Source: Escherichia phage 186. From it: DNA of 30,624 bases. The DNA lies in sequence record NC_001317.1. One strand, given 5' to 3'. Below are positions 18,891 to 25,746 of this stretch, piece by piece. Position 1 is the first letter of the stretch. Each line of letters opens with the position of its first letter. The notes below the pieces were generated by a model that saw only the letters and a list, made by a program, of their open reading frames with translations, was not told where the DNA came from and ran no database searches. The position numbers and the translations under genes are program-made.

Positions 18891-19376
18891 ATGATGCTTG
18901 CGCTTGGAATGTTTGTGTTTGAACGTCGCACCCTGCCTTATCAGTCGATGCAGCACTCGAAGGATTACCGCTGGGCGTCTAATGACCGGGTGGGTAAGCC
19001 GCCTGCTTATCAGTTTCTCGGCGAGGGGGAAACGTCGATACAGCTTGCCGGTACACTGTACCCAGCCATCACCGGCGGCTGGATCTCACTAAAGGCTGTA
19101 GAGGTAATGGCTAACGAGGGCAGAGCGTGGCCGTTGATTGAGGGAACTGGAAACATTTTAGGGATGTATATCGTCGATAAGGTGTCGACCACGCACGCCG
19201 AGTTTTTCAGCGACGGCGCTGCCAGAAAGATTGATTTCACCCTTTCGCTTAAACGGGTCGACGAATCACTGACGGCAATGTTTGGCGACCTGAATAAGCA
19301 GGCCAGCGAGCTTCTAGGCTCTGCCGGAAATCTGACTGATAAGCTGCAGAGTGCGCTCGGAGGACTGACCGCATGA
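18891..19376 (+). CDS. Tail protein (P2 gpU homolog)
   Basis: 161-aa ORF, SD GAGAGGA upstream; conserved position after the tape measure. Confidence 0.85.
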   Translation: MMLALGMFVFERRTLPYQSMQHSKDYRWASNDRVGKPPAYQFLGEGETSIQLAGTLYPAITGGWISLKAVEVMANEGRAWPLIEGTGNILGMYIVDKVSTTHAEFFSDGAARKIDFTLSLKRVDESLTAMFGDLNKQASELLGSAGNLTDKLQSALGGLTA

Positions 19377-20542
19377 TTACGGGCATGACTATTGACGCCG
19401 GAACTAGCCTTGCACCGGCATTTATGTTAACGCTGAACAGCCAGGACATTACCAGCAATTTTAGTGACCGGCTGATTTCTCTCACCATGACAGACAACCG
19501 GGGCTTTGAGGCTGACCAGCTCGACATTGAGCTCGACGACACCGACGGCAAAGTCGAATTACCACTGCGCGGGGCGGTGCTGACGTTGTGGCTTGGCTGG
19601 CAGGGTTCGGCGCTTCTGAATAAGGGCGATTTCACGGTCGATGAGATTGAGCACCGGGGCGCGCCTGATATCCTGACCATCCGCGCGCGTAGTGCAGACT
19701 TTCGCGGAACGCTCAATTCACGGCGTGAAGAATCATGGCACGATACTACCATCGGTGAGTTGGTCAGCACCATTGCAAAGCGCAATAAACTGACGGCCAG
19801 TGTCGCGGATTCACTGAAAAAAATTCCGGTACCGCATATCGACCAGTCGCAGGAGTCCGACGCCGTATTTCTGACCCGACTGGCTGACCGCAATGGGGCG
19901 ACGGTGTCAGTGAAAGCGGGGAAACTCCTGTTTCTGAAAGCCGGTAGTGCGATGACGGCCAGCGGCAAGCCCGTCCCGCAAATGACACTAACTCGCAACG
20001 ATGGTGACCGTCATCAGTTTGCTATTGCCGACCGTGGGGCTTACACCGGCGTAACCGCAAAATGGTTGCACACCAAAGACCCGAAGCCGCAAAAGCAGAA
20101 AGTAACACTGAAACGCAAGCCAAAAGAGAAGCACCTGCGCGCACTGGAGCACCCGAAAGCAAAGCCAGTCAGCAAAAAGACAAAGGCCAAAAAAGAGCCG
20201 GAAGCGCGCGAGGGTGAGTATATGGCCGGTGAGGCCGATAACGTGCTGGCGCTGACGACGGTCTACGCTTCTAAGGCGCAGGCGATGCGTGCCGCTCAGG
20301 CTAAGTGGGATAAGCTGCAGCGAGGCGTTGCGGAGTTTTCAATTACGCTGGCGCTTGGTAGGGCTGATTTATTCCCTGAGACACCGGTGCGCGTATCAGG
20401 CTTTAAGCGCGTCATAGATGAGCAGGCATGGTTAATCAGTAAGGTAACTCACAATCTGAATAATAGCGGCTTCACGACGGGCTTAGAGCTTGAGGTTAAA
20501 CTCTCTGATGTGGAGTACAACGCGGAATCGGATGATGAATAA
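19373..20542 (+). CDS. Tail protein (P2 gpD homolog)
   Basis: 389-aa ORF overlapping the gpU stop, SD GGAGGA upstream; last gene of the late tail operon. Basic KPKPQKQKVTLKRKPKEKH region. Confidence 0.88.
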   Translation: MITGMTIDAGTSLAPAFMLTLNSQDITSNFSDRLISLTMTDNRGFEADQLDIELDDTDGKVELPLRGAVLTLWLGWQGSALLNKGDFTVDEIEHRGAPDILTIRARSADFRGTLNSRREESWHDTTIGELVSTIAKRNKLTASVADSLKKIPVPHIDQSQESDAVFLTRLADRNGATVSVKAGKLLFLKAGSAMTASGKPVPQMTLTRNDGDRHQFAIADRGAYTGVTAKWLHTKDPKPQKQKVTLKRKPKEKHLRALEHPKAKPVSKKTKAKKEPEAREGEYMAGEADNVLALTTVYASKAQAMRAAQAKWDKLQRGVAEFSITLALGRADLFPETPVRVSGFKRVIDEQAWLISKVTHNLNNSGFTTGLELEVKLSDVEYNAESDDE

Positions 20543-20547
20543 AATGT

Positions 20548-20564
20548 ATTCACAAAAAGTGAAT
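20548..20564. promoter_or_regulatory. Inverted repeat ATTCAC-N5-GTGAAT in the promoter region of the late activator gene (putative repressor operator)
   Basis: ATTCACAAAAAGTGAAT 45 bp upstream of the activator start; the same dyad recurs at 22725..22741 and 23404..23420. Confidence 0.5.
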
Positions 20565-20608
20565 TTATGATTATCATTTATTCACGAATTGAGAATAAAG
20601 GGTGGGTT

Positions 20609-20827
20609 ATGTTTCATTGTCCGAAGTGCCATCATGCCGCACATGCGCGAACAAGCCGCTATCTAACCGAAAACACGAAAGAACGCTACCACCAGTGCCA
20701 GAACATCAACTGTAGTTGTACGTTTATGACAATGGAAACGATAGAGCGCTTTATTGTTACTCCGGGAGCCATTGACCCGGCACCGCCTCACCCGACTGTC
20801 GGTGGTCAGCGGCCATTGTGGCTCTGA
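20609..20827 (+). CDS. B: Ogr/B-family zinc-finger late-gene transcriptional activator
   Basis: ORF-track start 20567 replaced by the ATG at 20609, giving a 72-aa protein MFHCPKCHHAAHARTSRYLTENTKERYHQCQNINCSCTF... with the C-x2-C...C-x4-C zinc-binding pattern of P2 Ogr. Symbol B follows my recollection of phage 186 nomenclature. Confidence 0.9.
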   Translation: MFHCPKCHHAAHARTSRYLTENTKERYHQCQNINCSCTFMTMETIERFIVTPGAIDPAPPHPTVGGQRPLWL

Positions 20828-20844
20828 TAAATTTCCGCTAAATG

Positions 20845-20866
20845 CCCGCCGCGTGCGGGTTTTTTT
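20845..20866 (+). terminator. Rho-independent terminator after the late activator gene
   Basis: CCCGC-CGCGT-GCGGG hairpin followed by TTTTTTT, 18 nt after the stop codon. Confidence 0.65.
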
Positions 20867-20932
20867 ATGCACTCAGGAAAGTGGCGGTAAAAAATCCACC
20901 GCCATTCTATCGCCACTCGAAAACGAGGCAAC

Positions 20933-20957
20933 AAAAAGGCCACTCGAGAGAGTGGCC
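20933..20957 (-). terminator. Minus-strand hairpin plus U-run just beyond the att core (terminator for leftward int-operon transcripts; sib-like position)
   Basis: Perfect 8-bp stem GGCCACTC/GAGTGGCC with a 4-nt loop; on the minus strand it is followed by TTTTT. Lies on the far side of the att core from int. Confidence 0.45.
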
Positions 20958-20984
20958 TAACTGTATGTATTTACTACTTAAATT

Positions 20985-21030
20985 TGGTGGCCCCTGCTGG
21001 ACTTGAACCAGCGACCAAGCGATTATGAGT
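20985..21030 (-). other. attP core: 46-nt segment identical in form to the 3' end (anticodon loop to CCA) of a tRNA-Ile(CAU)-type gene
   Basis: The minus strand reads ACTCATAATCGCTTGGTCGCTGGTTCAAGTCCAGCAGGGGCCACCA: anticodon loop with CAT, T-arm GGTTCAAGTCC, acceptor 3' strand and CCA. No 5' half of the tRNA is present, so this is an attachment-site fragment, not a tRNA gene. Confidence 0.8.
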
Positions 21031-21156
21031 TCCTACAAGAACAACCGAAAATCAATAGTATGCGTTATTTATCATTGACATAGATTGCCATTGTTTGCCA
21101 ATAATTACCTATTATTCGCCATTTCTACCGCCACTTTATCGCCATTCTATTATCTG

Positions 21157-21408
21157 TTACTCAGAACCATCGCCGACATAGGTTCCATCAGGTGCGAGAT
21201 GATATCTTCCACCAACATAAGTCCCATCTGGGGCAAGTGTTGGGCGGCCAGCAACATAACTTCCATTTGGCGCTAAGCGTGGAACGCCACCGACATAAGT
21301 TCCATCGGGTGCAAGGCGTGGTGCTCCTCCTCCAACATAAGTCCCATTAGGGGCAAGCATAGGTTGTCCGTAAACATAGGTACCATCAGGTGCTAATCGA
21401 ACTGACAT
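21157..21408 (-). CDS. Small tandem-repeat protein (six roughly 13-aa LAPDGTYVGG-type repeats), function unknown
   Basis: 83-aa ORF with a strong SD (GGAGG, 4-nt spacer) 14 nt downstream of the integrase stop. Protein is MSVR followed by repeats LAPDGTYVYGQPM / LAPNGTYVGGGAPR / LAPDGTYVGGVPR / LAPNGSYVAGRPT / LAPDGTYVGGRYH / LAPDGTYVGDGSE. Confidence 0.6.
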   Translation of the reverse strand: MSVRLAPDGTYVYGQPMLAPNGTYVGGGAPRLAPDGTYVGGVPRLAPNGSYVAGRPTLAPDGTYVGGRYHLAPDGTYVGDGSE

Positions 21409-21422
21409 ACAACCTCCATAAC

Positions 21423-22433
21423 TTATTTGCTGTTAGTAATGTGAACTAAAGGATTTAGTTTAACTGCATCCTCTAAATGGTCGGGTGCAAAGTGCGCATA
21501 TCGCATGGTCATTTTTATATCTGTATGGCCGAGTACGCGCTGCAACACCAAAATATTACCGCCATTCATCATAAAGTGACTAGCGAAGGTGTGACGTAAA
21601 ACGTGGGTAAGTTGTCCTGCCGGTAGTTCGATACCTGTTCTTTCCAAAGCTGACCGGAACGCGCCATAACAATCACTGAACAACCGGCCCTTTTTATCAT
21701 CAGGCAGAGACTCATAGAGCTCTTTGCTGATTGGGACGGTGCGATTTTTTCTACCTTTCGTGTTGGTGTATGTGATTTTGTATTTCGCGAGTTGGCTTTT
21801 TCTCAGACTCTCGGCCTCAGACCACCGTGCGCCAGTTGCGAGACAGATTCTTACCACGGTTTCTAAATCAGGGTGGTCATGTCGGTTACACTCTCCGAGC
21901 AGTTGCGAAATTTGGTCGTGAGTTAGCCAAGTCATTTCCATTTCTTCTGTGCGGAATGGGCGCATATTTTTTAGTGGGTTTTCACCCTTCCATTCTCCGA
22001 GGCGGTTTAGCTCATTGAACACCGCCCGGAAGTAGGCCAGCTCAAGATTAAGCGTGCGAGGCGATACCTCTTTCACTCTGTTTGAACGGGCATACTCACC
22101 TTTTAACCGTTTTTCTCGGTAGCGGGAAAACATCTGCGCATCGAAATCGCGTGCGAGTGGTTCGCCCATACACTCAAAAGCATGGTGCATGGCTAACTGG
22201 CGTTTCAAACCATCTTTCAGTGTAATGCCATGAGCGCTATACCATGAATCAACCAGCTCTTTTAACGTGCGCCTGTCTTCCTTTTCTTCCTGCCACGGGT
22301 TTTGAACGGTGTACTGCTCAAACGCCAGAGCCTCGCCTTTAGTAGCGAATTTCTTTCTGATACGTTTGCCTTTTGCACCGTTTGGGTAGAGTTCACAAAT
22401 CCAACCGCCAGCCGGATTTTTACGGACGGTCAT
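21423..22433 (-). CDS. int: Tyrosine integrase
   Basis: 336 aa with tyrosine-recombinase motifs: LATGARWSEAESL (Arg), HVLRHTFASHF (His-x-x-Arg), LGHTDIKMTMRYAHF (His and catalytic Tyr). Adjacent to attP; its start overlaps the repressor stop. Confidence 0.95.
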   Translation of the reverse strand: MTVRKNPAGGWICELYPNGAKGKRIRKKFATKGEALAFEQYTVQNPWQEEKEDRRTLKELVDSWYSAHGITLKDGLKRQLAMHHAFECMGEPLARDFDAQMFSRYREKRLKGEYARSNRVKEVSPRTLNLELAYFRAVFNELNRLGEWKGENPLKNMRPFRTEEMEMTWLTHDQISQLLGECNRHDHPDLETVVRICLATGARWSEAESLRKSQLAKYKITYTNTKGRKNRTVPISKELYESLPDDKKGRLFSDCYGAFRSALERTGIELPAGQLTHVLRHTFASHFMMNGGNILVLQRVLGHTDIKMTMRYAHFAPDHLEDAVKLNPLVHITNSK

Positions 22434-23011
22434 TAGTTAACCTCGCTGTATACACCCACCACACGCCCCAACGTTTTAATATCATCAATGCCGCATTCGA
22501 AAGGAACCTTCCCGCCTGCAACATGTAGTTTTCTACCCGGTAGTTTTGTTAACTCTCGAATGCTTATTGCTCCCTCAATGTCGACTAGCCATAAGCCGTC
22601 AGACAATGATGCTTGCTTGTCCACAAAATAAATTTTCCCCTCGGAACGGATAGCCATCCCATCTGTGAGCGGTTTTGTGAAAAATTGGGCATCAACACTC
22701 AATTGTTTATCGGATTTGAGGATTTCTTCACTTAATGTGAATCCCTCAATCCTTTTTGCGTCGCTCGATTCTCTGTTATTTACAAATGCTTCTCCTTCTC
22801 CGGTAAGTAACCACTGGAGATTAGCACCTGTTTCAAGGGCACAGTGAGCCGCAAAGTCATAGGAGATAGCGCCTCGGGTGTACCTGTTTGACAATGAGCT
22901 GGACGCGATATCGAAGTGGTTAGCTAATTGAATTTTCTGCGAAAATCCGTACGCCTCGCAGATGCGGTCAAGTACATCCACGTTGCTCCATCCTAAAGAA
23001 TCTATTCTCAT
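22433..23011 (-). CDS. cI: Lysogeny (immunity) repressor, 186 CI-type
   Basis: 192-aa ORF MRIDSLGWSNVDVLDRICEAYGFSQKIQLANHFDIASSSLSNRYTRGAISYDFAAHCALETGANLQWLLTGEG...: N-terminal HTH domain plus C-terminal domain. Divergent from the early operon and co-transcribed with int. Size and sequence match my recollection of phage 186 CI (P2 C is only about 99 aa). Confidence 0.88.
   Translation of the reverse strand: MRIDSLGWSNVDVLDRICEAYGFSQKIQLANHFDIASSSLSNRYTRGAISYDFAAHCALETGANLQWLLTGEGEAFVNNRESSDAKRIEGFTLSEEILKSDKQLSVDAQFFTKPLTDGMAIRSEGKIYFVDKQASLSDGLWLVDIEGAISIRELTKLPGRKLHVAGGKVPFECGIDDIKTLGRVVGVYSEVN
22725..22741. promoter_or_regulatory. Inverted repeat CTTCAC-N5-GTGAAT inside the repressor gene (putative flanking operator, left)
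   Basis: CTTCACTTAATGTGAAT, about 370 bp left of the switch region; same dyad as at the late-activator promoter and at 23404..23420. Confidence 0.45.
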
Positions 23012-23140
23012 TTCGATAAAACCTATTTACTATCTCTCAATTGGGAGATATATTTTGGCTAAACCCACGCAATTGATGGCAAGTGTTGGCAAACAGAGTC
23101 AAATCAATTGCAAACTTTGGCTAATAGGGAATCATGCAAT
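23012..23140. promoter_or_regulatory. Lysis/lysogeny switch region: divergent promoters for cI (leftward) and apl/cII (rightward) with operator-like dyads
   Basis: 129-bp intergenic region containing the palindrome ATCTC-TCAATTGG-GAGAT (23022..23039), three CAATTG hexamers (about 23029, 23067, 23096) and a direct repeat TTTGGCTAA (about 23044 and 23114). Confidence 0.6.
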
Positions 23141-23404
23141 ATGGCTTCTGAAATCGCAATCATCAAAGTGCCTGCACCTATCGTTACTCTGCAACAATTC
23201 GCAGAGCTTGAGGGTGTTTCTGAACGCACCGCCTACCGCTGGACAACCGGCGACAACCCTTGTGTACCAATCGAACCCCGCACAATCCGTAAAGGCTGCA
23301 AGAAAGCAGGTGGCCCGATTCGCATTTATTACGCACGCTGGAAAGAAGAGCAGTTGCGTAAGGCGTTGGGACATTCCCGTTTTCAACTCGTCATCGGTGC
23401 TTAA
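23141..23404 (+). CDS. apl: Apl/Cox-type excisionase and transcriptional regulator
   Basis: The ORF track starts at a TTG (23108); the ATG at 23141 (SD AGGGA) gives an 87-aa protein MASEIAIIKVPAPIVTLQQFAELEGVSERTAYRWTTG... with an Xis-like HTH. First gene of the rightward early operon. Confidence 0.85.
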   Translation: MASEIAIIKVPAPIVTLQQFAELEGVSERTAYRWTTGDNPCVPIEPRTIRKGCKKAGGPIRIYYARWKEEQLRKALGHSRFQLVIGA

Positions 23405-23420
23405 TTCACTTTATGTGAAT
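23404..23420. promoter_or_regulatory. Inverted repeat ATTCAC-N5-GTGAAT between apl and cII (putative flanking operator, right)
   Basis: ATTCACTTTATGTGAAT, about 310 bp right of the switch region. Confidence 0.45.
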
Positions 23421-23434
23421 TGTAAGGATGCAAC

Positions 23435-23944
23435 ATGTTTGATTTTCAGGTTTCCAAACATCCCCACTATGACGAAGCGTGCCGGGCTTTTGCGCAGCGT
23501 CACAACATGGCGAAGCTGGCCGAGCGTGCGGGTATGAATGTTCAAACGTTACGTAACAAGCTCAACCCAGAACAGCCTCACCAGTTCACGCCGCCTGAAT
23601 TGTGGCTGCTGACTGACCTGACCGAAGACTCAACCCTCGTTGATGGTTTTCTGGCGCAGATTCATTGTCTGCCATGCGTGCCGGTTAATGAGCTGGCTAA
23701 AGATAAATTGCAGTCTTACGTCATGCGCGCAATGAGTGAACTCGGTGAACTGGCGAGCGGTGCGGTATCTGATGAGCGTCTGACCACTGCCCGTAAGCAC
23801 AACATGATTGAAAGCGTTAACTCCGGCATTCGCATGTTGTCATTGTCGGCTCTGGCGCTGCATGCACGTCTGCAGACTAATCCCGCTATGTCGAGCGTGG
23901 TCGATACCATGAGCGGTATTGGCGCATCGTTTGGTCTGATTTGA
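23435..23944 (+). CDS. cII: CII-type transcriptional activator for establishment of lysogeny
   Basis: 169-aa ORF, SD AAGGA upstream, with an HTH (NMAKLAERAGMNVQTLRNKLN). Position after apl, and size matches my recollection of 186 CII. Confidence 0.85.
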   Translation: MFDFQVSKHPHYDEACRAFAQRHNMAKLAERAGMNVQTLRNKLNPEQPHQFTPPELWLLTDLTEDSTLVDGFLAQIHCLPCVPVNELAKDKLQSYVMRAMSELGELASGAVSDERLTTARKHNMIESVNSGIRMLSLSALALHARLQTNPAMSSVVDTMSGIGASFGLI

Positions 23945-23951
23945 GGTGCGT

Positions 23952-24179
23952 ATGCTGAAAAGTGAACCGTCATTTGCGTCTCTGCTCGTTAAGCAAAGCC
24001 CCGGTATGCATTACGGCCACGGCTGGATCGCAGGTAAGGACGGCAAGCGCTGGCACCCGTGCCGCTCACAGTCCGAATTATTAAAAGGGCTGAAAACAAA
24101 GTCGCCGAAATCGTCAGGTTTTTTAATTATTCGTATTGTCCACTTTGTAATTAAAGGAGTGAAACATGTCACGCGATGA
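23952..24179 (+). CDS. Small early protein (possibly 186 Fil-like)
   Basis: The ORF track begins at a GTG (23946); the ATG at 23952 with SD GAGGTG gives 75 aa. The Fil assignment rests only on gene order as I recall it for 186. Confidence 0.55.
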   Translation: MLKSEPSFASLLVKQSPGMHYGHGWIAGKDGKRWHPCRSQSELLKGLKTKSPKSSGFLIIRIVHFVIKGVKHVTR

Positions 24180-24366
24180 ATTAAGAATTGTTTTGGGTGC
24201 CATGATTCCAAATATGGAGGAAGGTTTTGAAATTAAAACCCGCGACGGCGCAATACTTCGCGTTGACCCTGAGTGGGAGTGCTGCAAAGAATTTAAGGAT
24301 GGATTAAAAGCCGAAATCATCAAGCAGTTAAAAAGCAAACCTGCTGTTGTATTTGGATATAGTTAA
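24166..24366 (+). CDS. Small early protein (possibly 186 Dhr-like)
   Basis: 66-aa ORF with a strong SD (AAGGAG); overlaps the previous ORF by 14 nt. Function assignment by position only. Confidence 0.55.
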   Translation: MSRDELRIVLGAMIPNMEEGFEIKTRDGAILRVDPEWECCKEFKDGLKAEIIKQLKSKPAVVFGYS

Positions 24367-24432
24367 TTAATTAAACGTAATTACTTGGCGTAAACCCGCC
24401 GGGCATTCTTTTGCCAAAAAACAGGAGGATAT

Positions 24433-24666
24433 ATGAGTCGAACTATTTATTTATCAACGCCGAGTGGTGCTGGCGACCACTTGCTGGAGTCTTTGTTTAA
24501 AGAAGCCAAAAAAGAAGAGCGCAAAGACCGCCGTCTCGCCGTTTCAATCCGTCTCGAAGATCTGGCCGTTCACATTACCAATTCAGATATGACAGGCAAA
24601 GAAGCGGCCGAGCTACTGCGCCGCGAAGCCACTCGCTTTGAGAACGAATCACAGGAGCTTCACTAA
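24433..24666 (+). CDS. Hypothetical early protein
   Basis: 77-aa ORF with a strong SD (AGGAGG); charged, helical-looking sequence with no recognisable motif. Confidence 0.6.
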   Translation: MSRTIYLSTPSGAGDHLLESLFKEAKKEERKDRRLAVSIRLEDLAVHITNSDMTGKEAAELLRREATRFENESQELH

Positions 24667-24893
24667 TGGCCGACGCAATGGATTTAGCACAACTGCGCGA
24701 GCAGGAAGACCGCGAACGCCACATAAGCAACGCGCGCAGCCGTCGCCATGAGGTTTCTGCATTTATCTGTGAGGAATGCGATGCACCTATCCCGGAAGCG
24801 CGCCGCCGAGCCATACCGGGCGTGCAGTGCTGCGTTACCTGTCAGGAAATCTTAGAGCTGAAAAGTAAACATTATAACGGAGGTGCTTTATGA
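24666..24893 (+). CDS. TraR/DksA-family C4 zinc-finger protein
   Basis: 75-aa ORF whose ATG overlaps the previous stop; CEEC-x17-CCVTC zinc-finger pattern (FICEECDAPIPEARRRAIPGVQCCVTCQE), typical of phage TraR-like proteins. Confidence 0.7.
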   Translation: MADAMDLAQLREQEDRERHISNARSRRHEVSAFICEECDAPIPEARRRAIPGVQCCVTCQEILELKSKHYNGGAL

Positions 24894-25474
24894 GCATTAC
24901 CAATGCAACTATTAGCCAGCGTGCAAAAAAATGGCTTGAAGATGACCGTATATTTATTGACACCGAAACTACGGGTTTGGGTGATGATGCGGAAATAGTA
25001 GAAATCTGTTTAATAGATAGCGCTGGTTTTATCATGCTAAATACATTGGTTAAACCAACTAAACCAATTCCAGCAGAGGCTACGGCCATTCATGGAATAA
25101 CTGATGAAATGGTTATGTATGCGCCAACGTGGAAAGATATTCACGGCGCAGTAGCTTCTTTATTTTTTGAGTATGGCTTTGTTATTTATAACGCCGATTA
25201 CGACACAAGACTTATATATCAAACTGCGAAATTATATGGGCTTGAGAATGACGGCTTTTGTTATTTTTTAAATGAGCGTTCGGCCTGCGCCATGATGCTA
25301 TATGCAGAGTATCGCGGCGAGCCAGGGCGATTTAAAGGTTATAAATGGCACAAATTAGTTGATGCCGCTGCACATGAAGGGGTTAGCGTTGAAGGAAAGG
25401 CACACCGTGCATTAGCAGATTGCCGGATGACTCTTGGCATTATCGACGCTTTGGCAAAAGGCGGTGCAGCATGA
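24890..25474 (+). CDS. DnaQ-like (DEDDh) 3'-5' exonuclease
   Basis: 194 aa with Exo I (FIDTETTGL), Exo II (VIYNADYD) and Exo III (HRALADC) motifs; translationally coupled; AT-rich. Confidence 0.8.
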   Translation: MSITNATISQRAKKWLEDDRIFIDTETTGLGDDAEIVEICLIDSAGFIMLNTLVKPTKPIPAEATAIHGITDEMVMYAPTWKDIHGAVASLFFEYGFVIYNADYDTRLIYQTAKLYGLENDGFCYFLNERSACAMMLYAEYRGEPGRFKGYKWHKLVDAAAHEGVSVEGKAHRALADCRMTLGIIDALAKGGAA

Positions 25475-25746
25475 GTATCCGTATCGAAATAGGTGATAAA
25501 TGGGTAATCACCAGCGACCAATATCAATTCATCCTGAATGAAAAAAAAGTCGTTAAGACCGGCAATAAAGCTGGCGAGGAATGGCTCGACACCATCGGTT
25601 ATTACCCGAAGATTAATCAGCTCATTTCTGGTCTGGTACATCACCACATTCATACGGCAATGATTATTTCCCTTAGTGCAATGGCAGAGGAAATAGAGAA
25701 GTTATCTTTTATCTGTGAAGAAGCATTTAAGGCGGTTAAAAAATGA
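25471..25746 (+). CDS. Hypothetical early protein
   Basis: The ATG at 25471 overlapping the exonuclease stop gives 91 aa (MSIRIEIGDKWVITSDQYQFILNEKK...); no recognisable motif. Confidence 0.55.
   Translation: MSIRIEIGDKWVITSDQYQFILNEKKVVKTGNKAGEEWLDTIGYYPKINQLISGLVHHHIHTAMIISLSAMAEEIEKLSFICEEAFKAVKK

Larger units (their letters stand above)
20901..21150. repeat. Direct repeats GCCATTCTAT flanking the att core (putative integrase arm-type binding sites)
   Basis: GCCATTCTAT occurs at 20901..20910 and 21141..21150, with related CGCCATTTCTACCGCCAC at about 21115..21132, on either side of the tRNA-derived core in an AT-rich context. Confidence 0.45.

Noticed and set aside
20754-20960. 68-aa plus-strand ORF downstream of the late activator gene
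   Set aside because: It reads through the activator's terminator and two further hairpins; no SD; most likely non-coding.
20985-21030. Possible tRNA gene
   Set aside because: Only the 3' 46 nt (anticodon loop to CCA) are present; there is no D-arm or 5' acceptor strand, so it is an att-site fragment rather than a functional tRNA.
21085-21276. 63-aa plus-strand ORF across the att-proximal AT-rich region
   Set aside because: It spans the putative integrase arm sites and runs antisense into the repeat-protein gene; no SD, low-complexity translation.
21157-21408. Tandem DNA repeats that could be mistaken for a CRISPR-like or VNTR array
   Set aside because: The repeats are imperfect, contiguous with no unique spacers, and lie in frame inside an ORF with a strong SD; they are coding repeats, not a CRISPR array.
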